The notes: generated from the letters alone by a model not told the origin. Shown: positions 1 to 11,577, counted from the whole stretch's first letter. The stretch is DNA of 63,541 bases, filler included, from Octopus bimaculoides (GCF_001194135.2; 4 parts of 4 records of this genome joined end to end with filler, not necessarily neighbours in it), one strand, 5' to 3'. Made by a program: numbers and translations.

Positions 1-129
1 ATATATATATATATATATATACAATAGTGTCATTTGTTTGTATAAAATATTTAAATTGAATTGAATTTATAATTGTTCAGTTTATTATTTTGTTTTTTCA
101 TTTTTTGATTTATATTTATATACATATAT

Positions 130-260
130 AATCATCATTATCATCATTTAAAACCCCTTTCCTATGCTAGCATAGGCTGCAGCTGTCTGTTCTATTTATG
201 GCTGGATACCCTTCCTAATGCTAACCACTTTACAGAGTCTATTGGGCACTTTTTACATGG
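130..260 (-). mobile_element. RTE-type LINE 3' UTR fragment
   Basis: Reverse complement of the repeat ending ...gctagcatgg(a)aag..gttaaa(tgatga)n. The same sequence recurs at ~14150-14340, 16100-16260, 17400-17630, 18180-18290, 21170-21290, 21425-21890 and 28245-28520. Confidence 0.65.
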
Positions 261-689
261 CAGCAGCACAGGAAGGTGGGAGAGAGTGTGGGAGAAAGAT
301 AGAGAGAAGAATAGATGGTGTTGGAGATGTATTGGGGTCTACAGGGAACAGGGAGAGGGAGTCTAAGTAGTACAGAGGGGATAGAAGGGGCTGTCCCATG
401 AGAGTGTTAGAGGACATGTTTAGAGATGGGGAAGACATGACTGTAGCAAGTGATGGCAACGGAAATTGGAGAGGCTGGAAGTGGGGTAGGGAGGACATAT
501 GAGGACATGGAGATTATGCAGACAGGCATATGAGAGAGAGTGGAGGGCCCTGCAGCAGATGAGAGAGAGTGAAGGGGAGGAGCCTGCAGGTGCTGGAAAG
601 ATGGGGAAGTTTTGACAGGGGTCAGTATGTGTGTGGGAGGGGGAGCATGGTTGTAAAGGACATACATATGTGTGTGGATGGCCACAATT

Positions 690-820
690 TCACTTAGTTT
701 GACAAGTTTCTCAAGCACAGCGAATGGCCAAAAGTCTCAGTCACTTATCTTCTCTGTGAGGCTCAATATCCAAAAAATCATTTCTCACCACTTCCTCAGT
801 CTACCCTTTCCACAGGTTTA
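690..820 (-). mobile_element. RTE-type LINE, degenerate C-terminal ORF end
   Basis: Minus strand reads approx. TCGKGRLRK..VVRND...W.FAVLEK with frameshifts. This resembles the GRGRPRKTW..VV..D...WR.AV end of RTE ORFs and matches the plus-strand copy at ~17272-17300. Confidence 0.55.
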
Positions 821-1774
821 TTGAGGCAGATTTTCTTCGGCTGAGTCTGTGTGCATATGTGTTTGTTTTAGTGAGTCTGTACTTCCTTCTTCTTCATGTG
901 TTGTAAACAACGGTTCACTGTCAGCATCATATGCTTGAAATCTGCAACAAAAGCATGTCCAGGCTTTTTTGACATGTTGCATAATCTTTGTAGCAGTTCT
1001 TATCATAAACATGTCTGAGCTGTTTGTTTTTTGACAGACTGGGAGATTATTACTTCGCTTAGAATCAAGTGGAGGTTGGCAACAGAATGGGCATCCAGAT
1101 GTGGAAAACACTGTCCCAACATGCTCGCATCTGACCCTGATCCATACAAGCATGGAAAAGTAGATATTAAAATGATGCTGATGATATAAAAATAAACATA
1201 CATATATATGTATGTGTGTGTCTGTATCAGTGTGTATATGTGTAGAAATTTGTGTATAAACATTATACATATGATCAAACTCCCAAAGAGATCTGTATTG
1301 GTTTGCATTGGCAAGACTTGTATGATTTAGTAAAATCAATAAAAAGTGTACAGTGAACTTGTCATGAAGACAGGAAAATCCAGTGTTTTGGATAGAGTAT
1401 TTCTTCAGGGAAAAGTTAACTGAAGAGAAATTAATGAAACATAACAGAGTTTTACAACCTCTAAGACAACCAGTTTTGTTTTGCTTTTTAACTCAAAGGA
1501 TGTAAAAAAAAAACTGTGCTCTCTCTTCATTAATTTTTCTCCTGTCTATTTTTCCCTGAAGAAAGATTTTTCTGAAACATTGGATTTTTCACTCCACACA
1601 GCATGTTCACTAATCTCTTTTTATCAATTTAATTGTATGCATATATATATATAGAGAGAGAGAGAGGGGGGGATTCAGGCTAAATTTGACAGTTTGCATA
1701 AAGGAAAAGAAAACACAATATCCTGTTCAAAAATAAAAGTACTTCTTAAAAAAGCAAAAATATTCACTAGATTA

Positions 1775-2330
1775 TGGCTGGGAGACAACAGTTTGCTCGT
1801 GTAGCTGCCCTCAACTTCCACCACGACGTCAAGATGGCTCTGGAACCTAGCACCAGCATTCCTCACTGTGTCCATGAGTAGATCATGGGCACCAGCTCAG
1901 CCTTGGTGTTACAGATAGAGCAGTTAGTGCCTTTCTCAACCATACCCCACACATAGTAATCCATAGCATTACAATCAGGGGAATTAAGAGGCCAGAAATA
2001 GGGGCTGGTGAAGTTGTAGAAAATTTCCAACAACCACTCCTGACTTTTTCCAAAAGTGGGACTAGGAACTGAATTCTGACCGCTGCAAATATGGCCTTCC
2101 AGCAGCAACTCTCTCTACCTAGGGATTGCCCACAGTCACCAGCAGCTTCACATAGTCATCTGAATTGAGCCCAAGATGTGAGCTTACATGATGTCACTCT
2201 CACAGGAGACACACAAAAAGTATTCACAGTTTGGATGAACTTGGTTTTCATGTTGTCCGTGTTATGGCACTGTTCACATAGATTTGAGCAGCATTCGTGA
2301 TGTCAGCTTTTTGATACCTGGCATGAATCA
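1775..2330 (-). mobile_element. Tc1/mariner (maT/DD37D-like) transposase remnant
   Basis: Frameshifted minus-strand translation gives LNSDDYVKLL..ERVAAGRPY, then FWPLNSPDCNAMDYYVWGMVEK (cf. WPPxSPDLNPxDYxxW) and DTVRNAGARFQSHLDVVVEVEG. Confidence 0.85.
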
Positions 2331-3059
2331 TCAAGATATAGGTAACTCTTTACCAATATTCAGATGGTTTCCTATCCCTGTCAAGCTAACTTTTTCTCAA
2401 CTACAACTTTAATCTTTATGCTCTCCGTCGGCATCGACTGTTAATAAATACAGCAAGCTGTTTCTGAAAAAAGGAGGCATAAAAATCGTCAAATTAGCCC
2501 AAACACCCTGTATACATTTTATCTAATTATTTTTTCCATCCTCATCTTATTTTATGTAAATCTCTATATGTAATTTATCTGTGTAATGCGCTCTTCATCT
2601 GGTTCCAGTAATTTATTAATTACATATGTCAATTTATTTAAGCTCTTTGTTAAAAGTGCATTTATAAGACATTCCTAGTGAAACTCGTCTGGCTTATACC
2701 TTTCTTTCTGACCACCAGCACTGAAGATAAAGGACAAGGTGCTCACACCTGTATATACAACGTTGGCTAAAATCTAAAGATATATTCAGTACTAAAAGAA
2801 TGGCATTGACACAAAACACCGTAAACGTACCAGTAACTTATTCATACTACACCCTCACAAACATATTTATGAATATGCATTTGTGATCGAATTGAAAATT
2901 GTCGGTGCAAAGAAAAATTCGTTTCATATATATATATATTACAATTTCAGTGGTATGATTGTTGATGCGACGCCTGTCACATTATTATTATATATTACAG
3001 TATTTTAAGTTCAGTTGTATGAAACATTTTGAAAGAAAAATGATTGTACGTTGACTCAC

Positions 3060-3717
3060 CTTTGTTACTTTCGCCATTACCGTCCGTTAACACTACCCAA
3101 GGAATAACGTTGTTATTTTTTATCAAATAAACAACTCCTGTTCTATCATCAACAGTGTATAAATTTCCATTATATGTCACAAGTTCAGACAATTCCATTC
3201 CGCGCCCACCTTGAGACAGGGTTGACGAAAGAGTTAACATTTTAGATTCGAATTCAACTGATATTTTGGTGAAATCATCTGAAATAGTTAAATTCCCTAA
3301 TTTCATGTAACTGATCCAGGTATTTGATTTTCTAAATGACTGCGTGTCTAAATCTGCGATTATGGCTATTCGGTATTTTAAGCCGGCCTCTGTTAATATT
3401 GGTTTGGAAAGTGGGTAGATTGAATTGTAAAATCGATTTGAATGAAAATTGTCACGCGGACAATTTATAGCTAAATTCGATGGATTAGGAAGAAACATCA
3501 CAACTAAAATAAGAACAGCGCCAGCGAAAATGGCAGCATACGCAAGAAAACGGGGTTTTATGTGAAGTTTAGCATTACCGACCCTATAAGGTACAGGTCG
3601 GCGTATGGCAACCATCCAGTCATGTACAGTTGAAGGATATGTGCCCTTCATATCATTATCCATAAAATCTGTAAGTTGTTCCTGATCGGGAAACAAATTT
3701 TGGTTCACGGACACCAT
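3060..3717 (-). CDS. CANT1: Soluble calcium-activated nucleotidase 1 (apyrase), first coding exon
   Basis: Type II membrane anchor (FLAYAAIFAGAVLILVVMFL) followed by YRIAIIADLD, GRGMELSEL, LYTVDDRTGVVY and IPWVVLTDGNG. Phase-1 donor AAAG|GTGAGT (GT at 3059-3058), at the position of the conserved KG|FKAEW junction. Downstream exons were not found in the window. Confidence 0.93.
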
Positions 3718-3949
3718 TGACGTGGGCCATGATCAGTGTCGTCTGTCGTCATGTTTTTTTAAATTTATTACCGCACTGAATATTTAATCTTGTTAATACA
3801 AAAAGGAAACTTTTATAATATACTTTAAGTAGTATTTTTCAATTAAGTAATTTTTATAGTTAAAAAAAAATAGTAAGATTTTTTTAAAGTAAGCTATTAA
3901 TAATCATTTACCCCGAAGTAGTCATATGTCTCCACGTGCATTTTAGAAC
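3718..3949. promoter_or_regulatory. Probable compact bidirectional promoter/5' UTR region shared by CANT1 and RSL1D1; E-box CACGTG at 3933-3938
   Basis: Divergent start codons at 3717 (-) and 3950 (+), 232 bp apart. CACGTG is visible in the sequence. TSS positions are not determinable. Confidence 0.6.
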
Positions 3950-3985
3950 ATGGCTTCGAAACTACTTGATATCGAAGTGGATCAG
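3950..3985 (+). CDS. RSL1D1: Ribosomal L1 domain-containing protein 1, coding exon 1 (MASKLLDIEVDQ)
   Basis: ATG at 3950, 12 codons, donor CAG|GTAAAA. Phase 0 joins exon 2 (Q|VKSSV.., cf. QVKKAV..ALL of RSL1D1). Confidence 0.75.
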
Positions 3986-4807
3986 GTAAAATGCTTAGTT
4001 TTATTTGATTTATCTGAAATATATTATTACTGCATGGTTAAATGCTTTATTCATCTGTCGGTTCTCCTGTATATTTTTTATTTGTTACTCTAAAAGTATT
4101 TTTTGCAGATAAGTAATCTGTACCTTTTTTATTTAACACATGACACATTTTTACTAACTTATTAGCAATTTATACCGAAGGATTAACGTTTTAGCGAATA
4201 TTGTGGCATATTATTTTATGTCTCTTCATACCACTTTTTGTGGTTACGAATCATTAAAGAGCTGAACTGAGTAGTGGACAGAAATGGACCCAAATAGATT
4301 ATTATATTCGAAAATGCGAATGGTGTTATTGAATATTCCTCAAATCAGTATTGTCTTAAAAAAGGACATGTTTGATAATATTGTCTTGGCAAAAAAAAAT
4401 TGGGTGTCGTGGAGAGAATGTTTTTGATCATCAGTATGCTGGATTAGAGCTGACCTGGTACTAAACTCTTTCAACACATGGCTTAATCATAACCCAAATT
4501 TTCCTCGTGTCATATTTTCCTGTTTTAACAAACGGAAAGAGGACATTGGTTATGTAGTCCAGGATTTATTAAAGCAAAAAAAAAAAATCGATATGGTCAT
4601 AGCTGGAAGTTTTTGATCATAGATCTACTCGGGTAGAGCTTAGCTATCATTTTTTTCATACTCAGTAATAGAGATGTAGCTATTTTTTCGCTAATTCATG
4701 TATCAGAGAGTTTTCTTTATAGATAGGTTATTTTTTTAGTAACGTACTCTGATTTAGCATCATAAAAAGTGTTGGATACAATAAAAACCATTGGTGAAAA
4801 AATATAT

Positions 4808-5181
4808 GGTAATCTTTCAGTATAGAGTGTTTAAAAAAATTAAAATTAAAGGGGATAATTAGGTTCTCATGCCTAAATAACTGTACGTACACTCATGAAG
4901 TGATTGTGCATCGGGAGAACTTTGTAGATAGGACAAATAACGACGTGCATATGCGAAGTGTGGAGAATATGTGGATGTGGGTAAAAAGAAAATTACGATG
5001 TCGATTTGGAACGTCAGACAATTTATTCATTTCATATTTACATGAGTTTATATGGAGGAATTCTGTACCAAAGAAAAAGACTTTTCACTTGGTGGCTATA
5101 GCCAATGTCTACGTTAACAGCAAGTTATCTCCCCTTTAATTTTTATTTACTTTTTTAAACACCTTATCCTGAAAGATTACC
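4808..5181 (+). mobile_element. Merlin (IS1595/ISXO2-like) deletion derivative with both TIRs, in RSL1D1 intron 1
   Basis: ~50-bp imperfect TIRs GGTAATCTTTCAG.../...CTGAAAGATTACC. Internal HRENFVD..H...VENMWMWVKRKLR...GT....SYLHEFIWR is the ISXO2-type C-terminal motif. Degenerate A/T-rich TSD (aaaatatat/aaaattata). Confidence 0.85.
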
Positions 5182-6378
5182 AAAATTATAATCTTTGACG
5201 TTACGGTGAAGAGTGATGAATCTGGTCAGGATACCTGCATGCTGCAAGTAATTTTCCTTGCAGGAACAGGAACTAAACTTAGTACTACAAGACAGCAAAT
5301 CATTTGAGAATCTTACAGTGCAACTACTGTCAACAGAAATGAATTATTTCAGATACTGGTAGCTAATTAGAGATGAAACCCTGCTAATAAAGCCTTAAGT
5401 GTCTTAGCCAGCAACACTTTAGTGACAGTGAAGGGATACAAATGGTCAGTTTGTTGTTTCTGTTTAATCTGAGGCCAGTTTTATTAAGGCTTCTTACAAC
5501 TATCGGGGCAGAGATTGCTGTCAGCAAGTGCAAGCCCCATAAGTCAGAGTGACTGTTCCAGCACATCTCCTTTGCTATCCTCTGGAGCAACGCCTTTACG
5601 ATTTTGTCTGCTGGTGCCATGAGAAATGTTGAATTATGATAAAAGAAAGTGGCCTTTAATTCATAAGAATCAGGGTTTCAACTATATCTAAGTCTACATG
5701 TGTATTAAAATGTGACAGATTTGACTACCAGCTCTAGTAGGCCAAACAACTACATAAAGGCTCCTTCAGTGACCCATCCTAAGACAAGGATATGGCTATG
5801 TAGATAAGAATTAAGAAGTTTGTTTCGCTACCACATGCTTCTGGCTCCAATTCTATTGTGTATCATTTTAATCCAGCATGTTCTACTGCCTCAAATTTAT
5901 CAATACCGTGTGAGTGATACTTGGTTGACAAAAATTACACAGAAGTTCAATATATGTGTCCTTGTGTGTTTATTTTACATTGGTCTAAACAAAAAAAAAA
6001 GTGTTATGTTGTGTTCTTTCATGCCCTTAGCTTGATAGTGTGGTAAATAAAAACCCCTTAAAGTAATTACTAAGCTGAAATAAATGTTATGTGGTGGAGG
6101 GGTGTAATATGATTGAGTAAACCCCTGAAGGTGGTGCTCTAGTGTGGCTGCAGTCCAGTGACTGAAACCAGTAAAAACTAAAAGAATATTCACATTTACA
6201 ATTCATGACTACATCTCAAACTCTTTGTACATGGTTCTGGCCATAATCAGAACCATTATCCTTATCCTGCATTTACTTTACTTCATTTTCATTGCTTCCT
6301 GCATTTTCTAGAAAAAATTCACCCTATCAAAATTTTATGGCATACCATAAATTGTAAATTTTCTTGTTTTTATTCTAG

Positions 6379-6515
6379 GTTAAATCCAGTGTAAATGCAC
6401 TGTTTAGCTTTTTAAAGAAGAAAAGAAAAAATGAACTATTTGATGTTCCAGTGAAAATATTAATGTCTTTCACCTTCAGATCAATTCCAAAAATCAAGAA
6501 CAAAGTTATCAACCT
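6379..6515 (+). CDS. RSL1D1: RSL1D1 coding exon 2 (VKSSVNALFSFLKKKRKNELFDVPVKILMSFTFRSIPKIKNKVIN-)
   Basis: Acceptor ttttattctAG, donor CT|GTAAGA, 137 nt. Phase is consistent with exons 1 and 3. Confidence 0.88.
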
Positions 6516-6707
6516 GTAAGAAAAATTGACATCTTTATTAAAATAATTTAGATGCATGTTTTTTTAATGTTTCTATTGAGTTTGAGTAGTTTCGTTAATA
6601 ATTTGGTTTTATAATTGAAGGAATTTTTTTTCTTTTTACAATTATGTATGTCATTTGACTGGCATATTAGATGCACACCAATTTCACTGTACATATTCAA
6701 GAAAAAC

Positions 6708-7022
6708 GGTGCAGGTGTGACTGTGTGATAAGTTTGTTTCCCAACTACATGGTTCCAGATTCTGTCTTACTGTGTAGCATATTGGGCAAGTGTTTTCTAC
6801 TAAAGCCTTGTGAGTGGATTTGGTAAACAGAAACTGAAAGAAGTCCATTGTATATGTGTTTGTGTGCTTGACAACCTGTGCTGGTGTGTTTACATCCGCC
6901 ATAACTTTGTAGTTTGGAAAAAGAAACTGCTAGATTAAATACTGGGGTTAATTAGTTCGATTAAAATTCTTCAAGACGGTGCTCCAGCATGGCCATAGAC
7001 TAATGACTGAAAGAAGTAAAAG
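6708..7022 (+). mobile_element. tRNA-derived SINE, family 1 (head GGAGTGGCTGTGTGGTAAG..GGTTCAGTCCC; tail GCTCCAGCATGGCCGCAGTC..TGACTGAAACAAGTAAAAGA)
   Basis: Pol III A/B-box-like head. The most abundant repeat in the window. Confidence 0.8.
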
Positions 7023-7400
7023 ATGGTGCATTAAAGCTTATGGGAGGCCCAACTTTGCATATATATTTTGAGACATTTTGGTGAGGGAAAAAGTATGTTT
7101 ATATGCCATCAAATATGGTTTATTTGTATGTTTTGCCACTCTATTCAGATGAATGAAAATTAAAAAGTCAACTCAGAGTTATCTCTACTTCAGCTGCTAA
7201 ATTAGATGTTTTTGAGCAGATTATTTGCTATAATCTGTTGCAAGAAGTTATTAAAATATGACAATAATTTAGTAACATTACAATGATTACATACAGTATT
7301 CAGCATTTCCATGTACTTTTTTTTTATCACAACAGAAATATGCATATTTATCATGAAGGTTATCTTCTAGGATTCACTCACACTGTTCAAATTATTTTAT

Positions 7401-7436
<36 letters not shown>

Positions 7437-7552
7437 TTCAGCCATGAGGCTGTGGCCAGGCCGAGGCACCGCCAGTTACAAAATCTGCCCCGGGTGAGGA
7501 GCAGATTTTTTAACTGGTGGTACCCCAGCATGGTTACAGCCTCAAGGCTGAA
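7437..7552. repeat. ~115-bp foldback made of two inverted SINE-tail-like arms, RSL1D1 intron 2
   Basis: ttcagccatgaggctgtggccaggccgaggcaccgccagttacaaaatctgc pairs with gcagattttttaactggtggtaccccagcatggttacagcctcaaggctgaa (roughly 80% complementary). Confidence 0.75.
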
Positions 7553-8067
7553 ACATATAAAAGAATTTGAACAGTGTGAGTGATTTAAAATGTTTAAAAA
7601 ATGATTTTATTTAAAAGTGTGCAAATGAAGTTTGATCTATGGAGAGAATTTTTATTAAATATTTGTATCTTTGGGGATGCAAACTTAGTATGGTTGATGT
7701 TATGGTTACATTGCCTTATACCCAGTTCAACATTATTGTCCTTTTACGAGGCCAATAAAATAAGTACTGGGCAAATTTCTGGAGCAATACAATCTACTGA
7801 AATAGTCCAACATAGCTACACTCTAATGATTGTAAACAGAATAGATGTATGTGATGCATTTGATAAAAGTGAAAATGAGCTTGGTCTTTGAAGTTAACTG
7901 AATTACAATCAAGAGGTATAGTTTCTGGTGACAAATAAAAAAATTTCTTTCTTGCTCTCTTTTTTTTTTTTAACTTCATTTTTATATGGTATGTTGAAAT
8001 ACTGATAAACCATTTATGCCATATAACCTGTTATGATTACATTTTTTTATTCTTCTATTTTTGTTAG

Positions 8068-8212
8068 GAATGTCCCTCATGGTTTAGGTTTTGAAAATCA
8101 ATACATCTGTCTCTTTGTGCCTGATTTGAACAAGAGAGTACGAGATTCTGACCCTACTGTTTTTCATTACAAAGAACTTTTGGCCGAGAAGGATATAACA
8201 TGTATTTCTGAG
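8068..8212 (+). CDS. RSL1D1: RSL1D1 coding exon 3 (NVPHGLGFENQYICLFVPD...KELLAEKDITCISE)
   Basis: LPH..ICLF.KD-like motif of the ribosomal L1 domain. AG at 8066-67, donor GAG|GTAAAT, 145 nt. Confidence 0.92.
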
Positions 8213-9461
8213 GTAAATAAAATTTCTGGTTGGTTTAGTAATACACCATAACCCATCAGATCTTTGGATTACTACTGAAAACTTTATAAGAAGAGGAATT
8301 TTCATAAATGGTCTTCATTGCTTTGTAAAGGTATAAGCCAAGCACAGCAAAGTAGCAAAACACTTGTTAGTTAAACACTATCTCCAGATACCTATTTGCA
8401 GCTAAATTGAGTGACTGTTGAAAGTTGAATCTTTTTATAACATAGTGGTGCATCATACTGCTGACCCATCCAATCCATTTCAACTTAGAAAAGTTTATAT
8501 TAAAAGGATAAAGGTCATAATTCTTTAATCCACTAAATCTAAAGGTTCAAAGAAAGAAAGTAATTTTACTTCTGAAGTGAGGTGATTCTATATTAATCCT
8601 TTAGTGTTTAAACTGGCCATATTCAGCTTCTCACACCTTCCTTACAATGTCATAATAGAAATAAACAAGCATGCCATTAAAAAGATAATGAATGGGTAAT
8701 TCAAAACAATGTGAACAAATAAGCATAACAGTCAACAGAATAATCTGAATTCTAAAGGGTTAATCAATTCAGCTAATTTGACTACGTTCCTCTTGGTTCG
8801 TGGCATGTATTTTTTTTTTTTCTCACCTCCCATAACTATAAATACTTCATCCTAGCTGCACATACCAATCCACCTGATTGGTCAAGCATGAATGCAACAA
8901 GTAGACCAATGATATTCCCCTATATATAGGTGATAAAGAATCATTCAAGCAAGTATACAGTATTGCCTGCTGTTCAGTGCATTGAACTTCTTAATTCCAT
9001 ATTGTCTGAGCAACTTGAATAGATTTTTATGCAGGTTAGAGTCAAATAGTGCAGCTACGTTGTAAATAATAAGCATTATAAAGACTTAATGTTTGTATTT
9101 CAGTGCTTAGTAATGAATACCTGTTGATCTGTTACAATTTCATTTTTAGTAAACTGCTATATTTCTACCTGTCTCTTAAAATCAGTTTTGAAAGTTTTCA
9201 ATAAGCATCAGTGTCATGATGTAAGTAAACCAGTATTTATTCAATTAGGTTTTTTCCTATTTCTTTGAGATAGGAGTTATGTTAGCATTTTGACAAATCT
9301 AAACAAGGCCACTAAATAATACAATGAAAATATCAAAACAAAAAAATGGATGGTATTTATTATACCTGGTTATTTTCATCATCTCTGTATCTATACACTT
9401 GAATTGATGAATTTATAAATATAAAATAATGCTTAATTTTTTTTAAATTATTCTATTTCAG

Positions 9462-9610
9462 GTCATTACTCTAAAGACCCTTTATTTGGAATATAGGCCA
9501 TTTGAAGCTAAGAGGAAACTTTGCAATAAATTTGATGTATTTTTAGCTGATAAAAGTGTATTTGGACCATTGCCTCGAATATTAGGAAGAGATTTCTTCA
9601 GACGAAAACG
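9462..9610 (+). CDS. RSL1D1: RSL1D1 coding exon 4 (VITLKTLYLEYRPFEAKRKLCNKFDVFLADKSVFGPLPRILGRDFFRRK-)
   Basis: Hallmark EY+.FEAKR.L...FD.FLAD..+...LP..LG+.F motif. Canonical splice sites, 149 nt. Confidence 0.95.
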
Positions 9611-9723
9611 GTATGTGTTTACTGTTACAAGTTTAATTTCATAATTTGACATTTAATTTACTGTAATGCTTGACATTTCCAAATTAATATTTTCTTAAAA
9701 ATTCAATTTTTTTTTTTTTATAG

Positions 9724-9825
9724 AATTCCTATAAAAGTCGATCTAAAATCGAATAAACTTAAGGAAGAAATTAACAGTGCTGTCAATGACAGTTTTTTAG
9801 TCATAACTGGAAGAGGATCTTGCTG
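9724..9825 (+). CDS. RSL1D1: RSL1D1 coding exon 5 (IPIKVDLKSNKLKEEINSAVNDSFLVITGRGSC-)
   Basis: Poly-T acceptor, donor TG|GTAAGT, 102 nt. Matches the VP+.V+L....L..EI motif. Confidence 0.93.
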
Positions 9826-10144
9826 GTAAGTAATGTTTATTAGATTTTAATGTTTACTGTATAATTTATAAGCCAATTATTTATCCTTTGGATTAGGGTC
9901 ATTGTTTTAATGTCCACTTTTTCATGCTTGTATGGTTCAGACAGAATTCATTGAGGTAGATTTTCAACAATCAGGTGCCCTTTCTGTCACCAACACTCAT
10001 TGATTTCCAAGTAAAGTGTTTTCCCCTATGACCAAACATGTTTTCATGGAAAATTGAAAATGAATAATTCTTCTAATAAAACAGTGATGCTTGTTTTACA
10101 ACCATCATTTGATGTCAAGACAAAGAGATACATATATGTATACT

Positions 10145-10270
10145 CTCAGTTTCTATCTACCAGTTCCACTTGCAAGGCTTTGGTCATCTCTGAGCTGTCG
10201 TAGAAGACACTCGGTAGGACTGAATCCAAAGCCATGTGAATGGGAAGCAAACTTTTAACTTCACAGCCAT
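10145..10270 (-). mobile_element. SINE family 1, 5' part, inverted relative to the neighbouring copy
   Basis: Reverse complement of the SINE head/body (cagtttctatctacc...gtagaagacact...aaacttttaacttcacagccat). Confidence 0.6.
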
Positions 10271-10344
10271 ACTAACATCATAGATGAAATTCTGTCCAAT
10301 GAAAAATATATTTATTGTTAGAATTAAAACAAATATTAATATAT

Positions 10345-10650
10345 GCGTGGCACCTTGGGCAAGTGTCTTCTACTATAGCCTCGCGCCGAGTGGATTTGGT
10401 AGACGGAAACTGAAAGAAGCCTGTTGTATATATATATGTTTGTGTGTCTGTGTTTGTCCCCCCCCCCCATCGCTTGACAACCGATGCTGGTGTGTTTACA
10501 TCCCTGTAATTTAGCAGTTCGGCAAAAGAGACCAATAGAATAAGTACTGGGCTTACAAAGAATAAGTCCTGGGGTTGATTTGTTCGACTAAAGGCAGTGC
10601 TCCAGCATGGCCGCAGTCAAATGACTGAAACAAGTAAAAGAGTAAAGAGT
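10345..10650 (+). mobile_element. SINE family 1 (RSL1D1 intron 5)
   Basis: gtggcaccttgggcaagtgtc...(TA)n...gctccagcatggccgcagtcaaatgactgaaacaagtaaaagagt. Confidence 0.85.
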
Positions 10651-11577
10651 ATACTAAATAGGATTTGCCAAATTTTAAATTGTTTCAGTTGTTTCAGAAT
10701 ATTAATTATTTGATAATCAACAAGAGTTTCTTGGTAAATTGTGATGTGTATATGTGGTTTACTTACCCATTGGTTAAAGCTCTTACTCCTCATGTAATTT
10801 ATAAAGTACAAAATAAACTAATGCAAAATTTGAGCACTTTTCTATTCTGATCGGAAATTTTGTGGGAATATAACACTTTGTGGTTCCTCTTAAGAATTTT
10901 CTTCCAAATCTTCAAGGGGCTCCAAATATATAAAGTATTTGCAGGAAGGTGTGAGACATTTTAGCATCACTGAGTTGATGCTGATTTATTTGACATCAGA
11001 TGTTTTAATGTGTCTATCTGTCTCTCCCCTCTCTGTTTATATGAGAACACATTTCTCTTTGTGTATGATGAGAGGGAAAGTGTTTATATCAACCATGTTC
11101 AATTAATAAATTGTAATGTCTGTCACTCTATATGTGTGCACATGCATGCATCTGTTTGGCTCTAGTAATAAAACACTGTCACTACAACAGGTTGAGTGTC
11201 CAGTTAGCCATGCCACACCCAATTGTTTCATTTCAGTTGTAGACTATCTTAAACCACTACATCATCTGTTGGGTAATATGTTAGTTCAAGTATTGATTAA
11301 TCTAACAACAGCAATTGCTAAGACATCAAGTTTATACTAAGACAGCATTCATTTTTTCCTCTAGATGTTTATCACATGTCTTTTTTTAAATATCAGTGCC
11401 ATAAACAACTTCTTAATTTGTTCAGAGACTAGCTGCTATTCATAACTTTCACATGCATAAAGTAGCACTTGGATGAATTCTGAATTCTGTTCCTGTGACA
11501 AGTACAGGTACTTTATAGTATAGAAAGTAGTTTTTTTTTTTATTCATGTTTAATGCCATTTTCTTTTTACTTACCAG

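Noticed and set aside
253-718. Ser/Pro/Leu-rich minus-strand ORFs
   Set aside because: Purine-rich low-complexity sequence between two RTE fragments; no domain.
1-3059. CANT1 exons 2-3
   Set aside because: No FKAEW or YLIHES-like peptide was found by eye on the minus strand; they are presumably left of the window.
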